In this document: positions 7,261-8,788 of the stretch, one piece after another
How positions within the stretch are numbered: the first letter of the stretch is position 1
How the letters are laid out: every line of letters begins with the position of its first letter
DNA from: Candidatus Jordarchaeales archaeon
Lineage (GTDB): Archaea; Asgardarchaeota; Jordiarchaeia; Jordiarchaeales; Freyrarchaeaceae
Reading direction: 5' to 3'
DNA: 8,788 nt
Assembly: GCA_038858525.1 (NCBI GenBank)
Contig: JAWCFL010000040.1
Span: forward strand, 3,832 to 12,619
Notes under the pieces: model-generated
What the model was told of the DNA's origin: nothing
Databases searched by the model: none
Seen by the model: only the letters and a program-made list of their open reading frames with translations
Program-made: the position numbers and the translations under genes

Positions 7261-7423
7261 CTTCCCCTCTCCTGTATTACTTTCCCTCTAGAAACAAGAA
7301 AAAATCATGTATTTACTCTGATTTCTTTTTTTTGGTTGAGACCCCTTTGGCTCTGCATGCAAAAACAGCTTCCGCAGAACCATAGAACGCCTTGCAAGTT
7401 GATCTTTGTGATGTACTGGTTTT

Positions 7424-7696
7424 TCAGTGTTGTTCTTCCTGACTCCTTTTGAAGTACCTTGCGTATTCTTCAGGAAACGCGAAGAAGCGTTCAACTTTCT
7501 CTCCGCAAGTATCACATTCATAAACTAGCACATCGCCAGGCTCAGGCTCTTTCACCAGACTTTGAAGCTTAAAGATCATTTTCCCTCCGCAGCGGGGGCA
7601 AACCCGCGGCATCTGTTTGTGCTCGCTCTCGACAACATGACGGCCAATTCTCAGAAACTCCTCAAACTCTTCAGGTGTCAAGCTCTTGGTTGTCAA
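7424..7696 (-). CDS. Small zinc-ribbon protein (~90 aa, CPRC-x24-CDTC); start revised from 7903 to TTG 7696
   Basis: GGAGG at 7704-7708 lies 7 nt before TTG 7696; product MTTKSLTPEEFEEFLRIGRHVVESEHKQMPRVCPRCGGKMIFKLQSLVKEPEPGDVLVYECDTCGEKVERFFAFPEEYARYFKRSQEEQH. The 7903 start would overlap the dehydrogenase and spans intergenic-looking sequence. Confidence 0.75.
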   Translation of the reverse strand: MTTKSLTPEEFEEFLRIGRHVVESEHKQMPRVCPRCGGKMIFKLQSLVKEPEPGDVLVYECDTCGEKVERFFAFPEEYARYFKRSQEEQH

Positions 7697-7733
7697 CCTC
7701 GTTCCTCCACGAATTAAACAGGCGGTCTCAGAA

Positions 7734-7742
7734 TATTTAAAA
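7734..7742 (-). promoter_or_regulatory. TATA-like box for the zinc-ribbon gene
   Basis: TTTTAAATA on the minus strand ~25 nt upstream of the GGAGG RBS. Confidence 0.4.
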
Positions 7743-7747
7743 GATCT

Positions 7748-7812
7748 AGAAAAACAACTTCCCCCCCTCCAGAGGGACCGCTCGGCGGCTGCATGCCCTA
7801 AACGAAGAGCAT
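7748..7812 (-). terminator. Possible terminator downstream of the dehydrogenase
   Basis: Short stems ATGCTC/GGGCAT, CCGC/GCGG and CCCTC/GAGGG followed by G7 and TTGTTTTTCT on the minus strand. Confidence 0.3.
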
Positions 7813-7850
7813 CTCTACCACATGTTTTCCTTTCCAAGACGCTGCAACCT

Positions 7851-8788
7851 TTATTTGTACTTGTAGAATCCCTCCCCTGCTTCGACGCCGGTTTTCCCCT
7901 CACTTACCTTTCTCGTCAGGAGCGGATCCGGAGTATAGTATTCACCGTATTTCTTCCTTTTTTCCTCGAGTGACGACACGACTCTGTCGAGTCCCCACTC
8001 GTCTGCTAGCTCGAGTATTCCTTTTGGGTATCCGAGCCCAAGCTTGACACCTAAATCCACGTCCTTCACGGTCGCTATCCTGTTCCTTACCAACAATGCA
8101 GCCGCGTTGACCGCTGGAGCCATTATTGATATGGAATTGATTCTCTCTCCCGCTTCCTTAGCTACGGCGGGTGCACCCTTCTCCCCCCACTCGTAAAAGC
8201 CTCTTCCCGTCTTTTGTCCAAGCCACCCTTTCCTGTAGTACTCCTCAAAAATGGGGCACGGCATTATCGCTGCGGGGTCCCTCTCACTCACGGCTTTCCC
8301 AGCCATGTACACGGTATCTATTCCTATGTAGTCCGCCAGCCTAAATGCGCCTATAGGCAATCCCGCCCCGTACACTATGGCTGAGTCCACCTCCTCCACG
8401 GTTGCCTCCCCCCTATAAACAGTCCAAGCAGCCTCGTGAAGGACAGGCCCTAAAATCCTGTTCACTATGAATCCTGCAACATCCTTCCTGCAGATGATCA
8501 CCGTTTTTCCAAGCCTCTTGGCCAGGTCAACGGCAAGTTGCAGCGTCTCTTTACTGGTCTTCTTACCCTTAACAACCTCGACTAGAGGCCTCAGGACGGG
8601 AGGAGTGAAAAAGTGCGTTCCGACAACCTTATCTGGCCTAGAGGTAGCTGAAGCTATCTCGGTTATCGGGAGCGTGCTGGTGTTAGATGCTAGGACAGCG
8701 TGCTCAGGTGCGTGCTCATCCATTTTACTGAAAACGTTTTTCTTGACTTCTATGTCTTCAACAACTGCTTCAATAACGAAGTCCACAC
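7851..8788 (-). CDS. 3-hydroxyacyl-CoA dehydrogenase with two C-terminal dimerisation-type domains (5' end outside window)
   Basis: DFVIEAVVED, LASNTSTLPITEIA, GTHFFTPP...LVEVV (His-Glu pair), GFIVNRIL, GAFRLADYIGID, GQKTGRGFYEW, and a second copy YPKGILELADEWGLD...GVEAGEGFYKY; TAA at 7851. The GxGxxG motif would lie beyond the right edge. Confidence 0.95.
   Translation of the reverse strand, partial: VDFVIEAVVEDIEVKKNVFSKMDEHAPEHAVLASNTSTLPITEIASATSRPDKVVGTHFFTPPVLRPLVEVVKGKKTSKETLQLAVDLAKRLGKTVIICRKDVAGFIVNRILGPVLHEAAWTVYRGEATVEEVDSAIVYGAGLPIGAFRLADYIGIDTVYMAGKAVSERDPAAIMPCPIFEEYYRKGWLGQKTGRGFYEWGEKGAPAVAKEAGERINSISIMAPAVNAAALLVRNRIATVKDVDLGVKLGLGYPKGILELADEWGLDRVVSSLEEKRKKYGEYYTPDPLLTRKVSEGKTGVEAGEGFYKYK

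Noticed and set aside
7697-7903. N-terminal extension of the zinc-ribbon ORF in the track
   Set aside because: Overlaps the dehydrogenase 3' end and covers terminator/TATA-like sequence; TTG 7696 has a well-spaced GGAGG.
5664-7973. Plus-strand ORFs 5664-5864, 6362-6550, 6685-7110, 7686-7973 and minus-strand 7288-7521
   Set aside because: Shadows of the thiolase, fusion, zinc-ribbon and dehydrogenase genes; no RBS or domain support.

Overview
Archaeal-looking genomic window (GGAGG/GGAGGTGA ribosome-binding sites, TATA/BRE-like promoters, a heavily sequon-bearing surface protein); the lineage cannot be fixed from sequence alone. Almost all genes are on the minus strand. From the right: a 5'-truncated 3-hydroxyacyl-CoA dehydrogenase, a ~90-aa four-Cys zinc-ribbon protein, a fusion of an HMG-CoA-synthase-like fold with a DUF35 (Zn-ribbon/OB) domain, a translationally coupled SCP2-type thiolase, a retropepsin-like protein with Asn in place of the catalytic Asp, an 813-aa secreted beta-helix plus multi-pass membrane protein, a plus-strand class I SAM methyltransferase, and a 3'-truncated membrane protein with a 24-aa tandem repeat that the ORF track missed. 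The best candidate for an uncharacterised system is the thiolase paired with the synthase-like/DUF35 fusion, in which all three synthase catalytic residues appear substituted; the architecture recalls the archaeal thiolase/HMGCS/DUF35 complex and the PhlABC acyltransferase. No rRNA, tRNA, CRISPR array or mobile element was recognised. All alignments were done by eye; no database searches were run.
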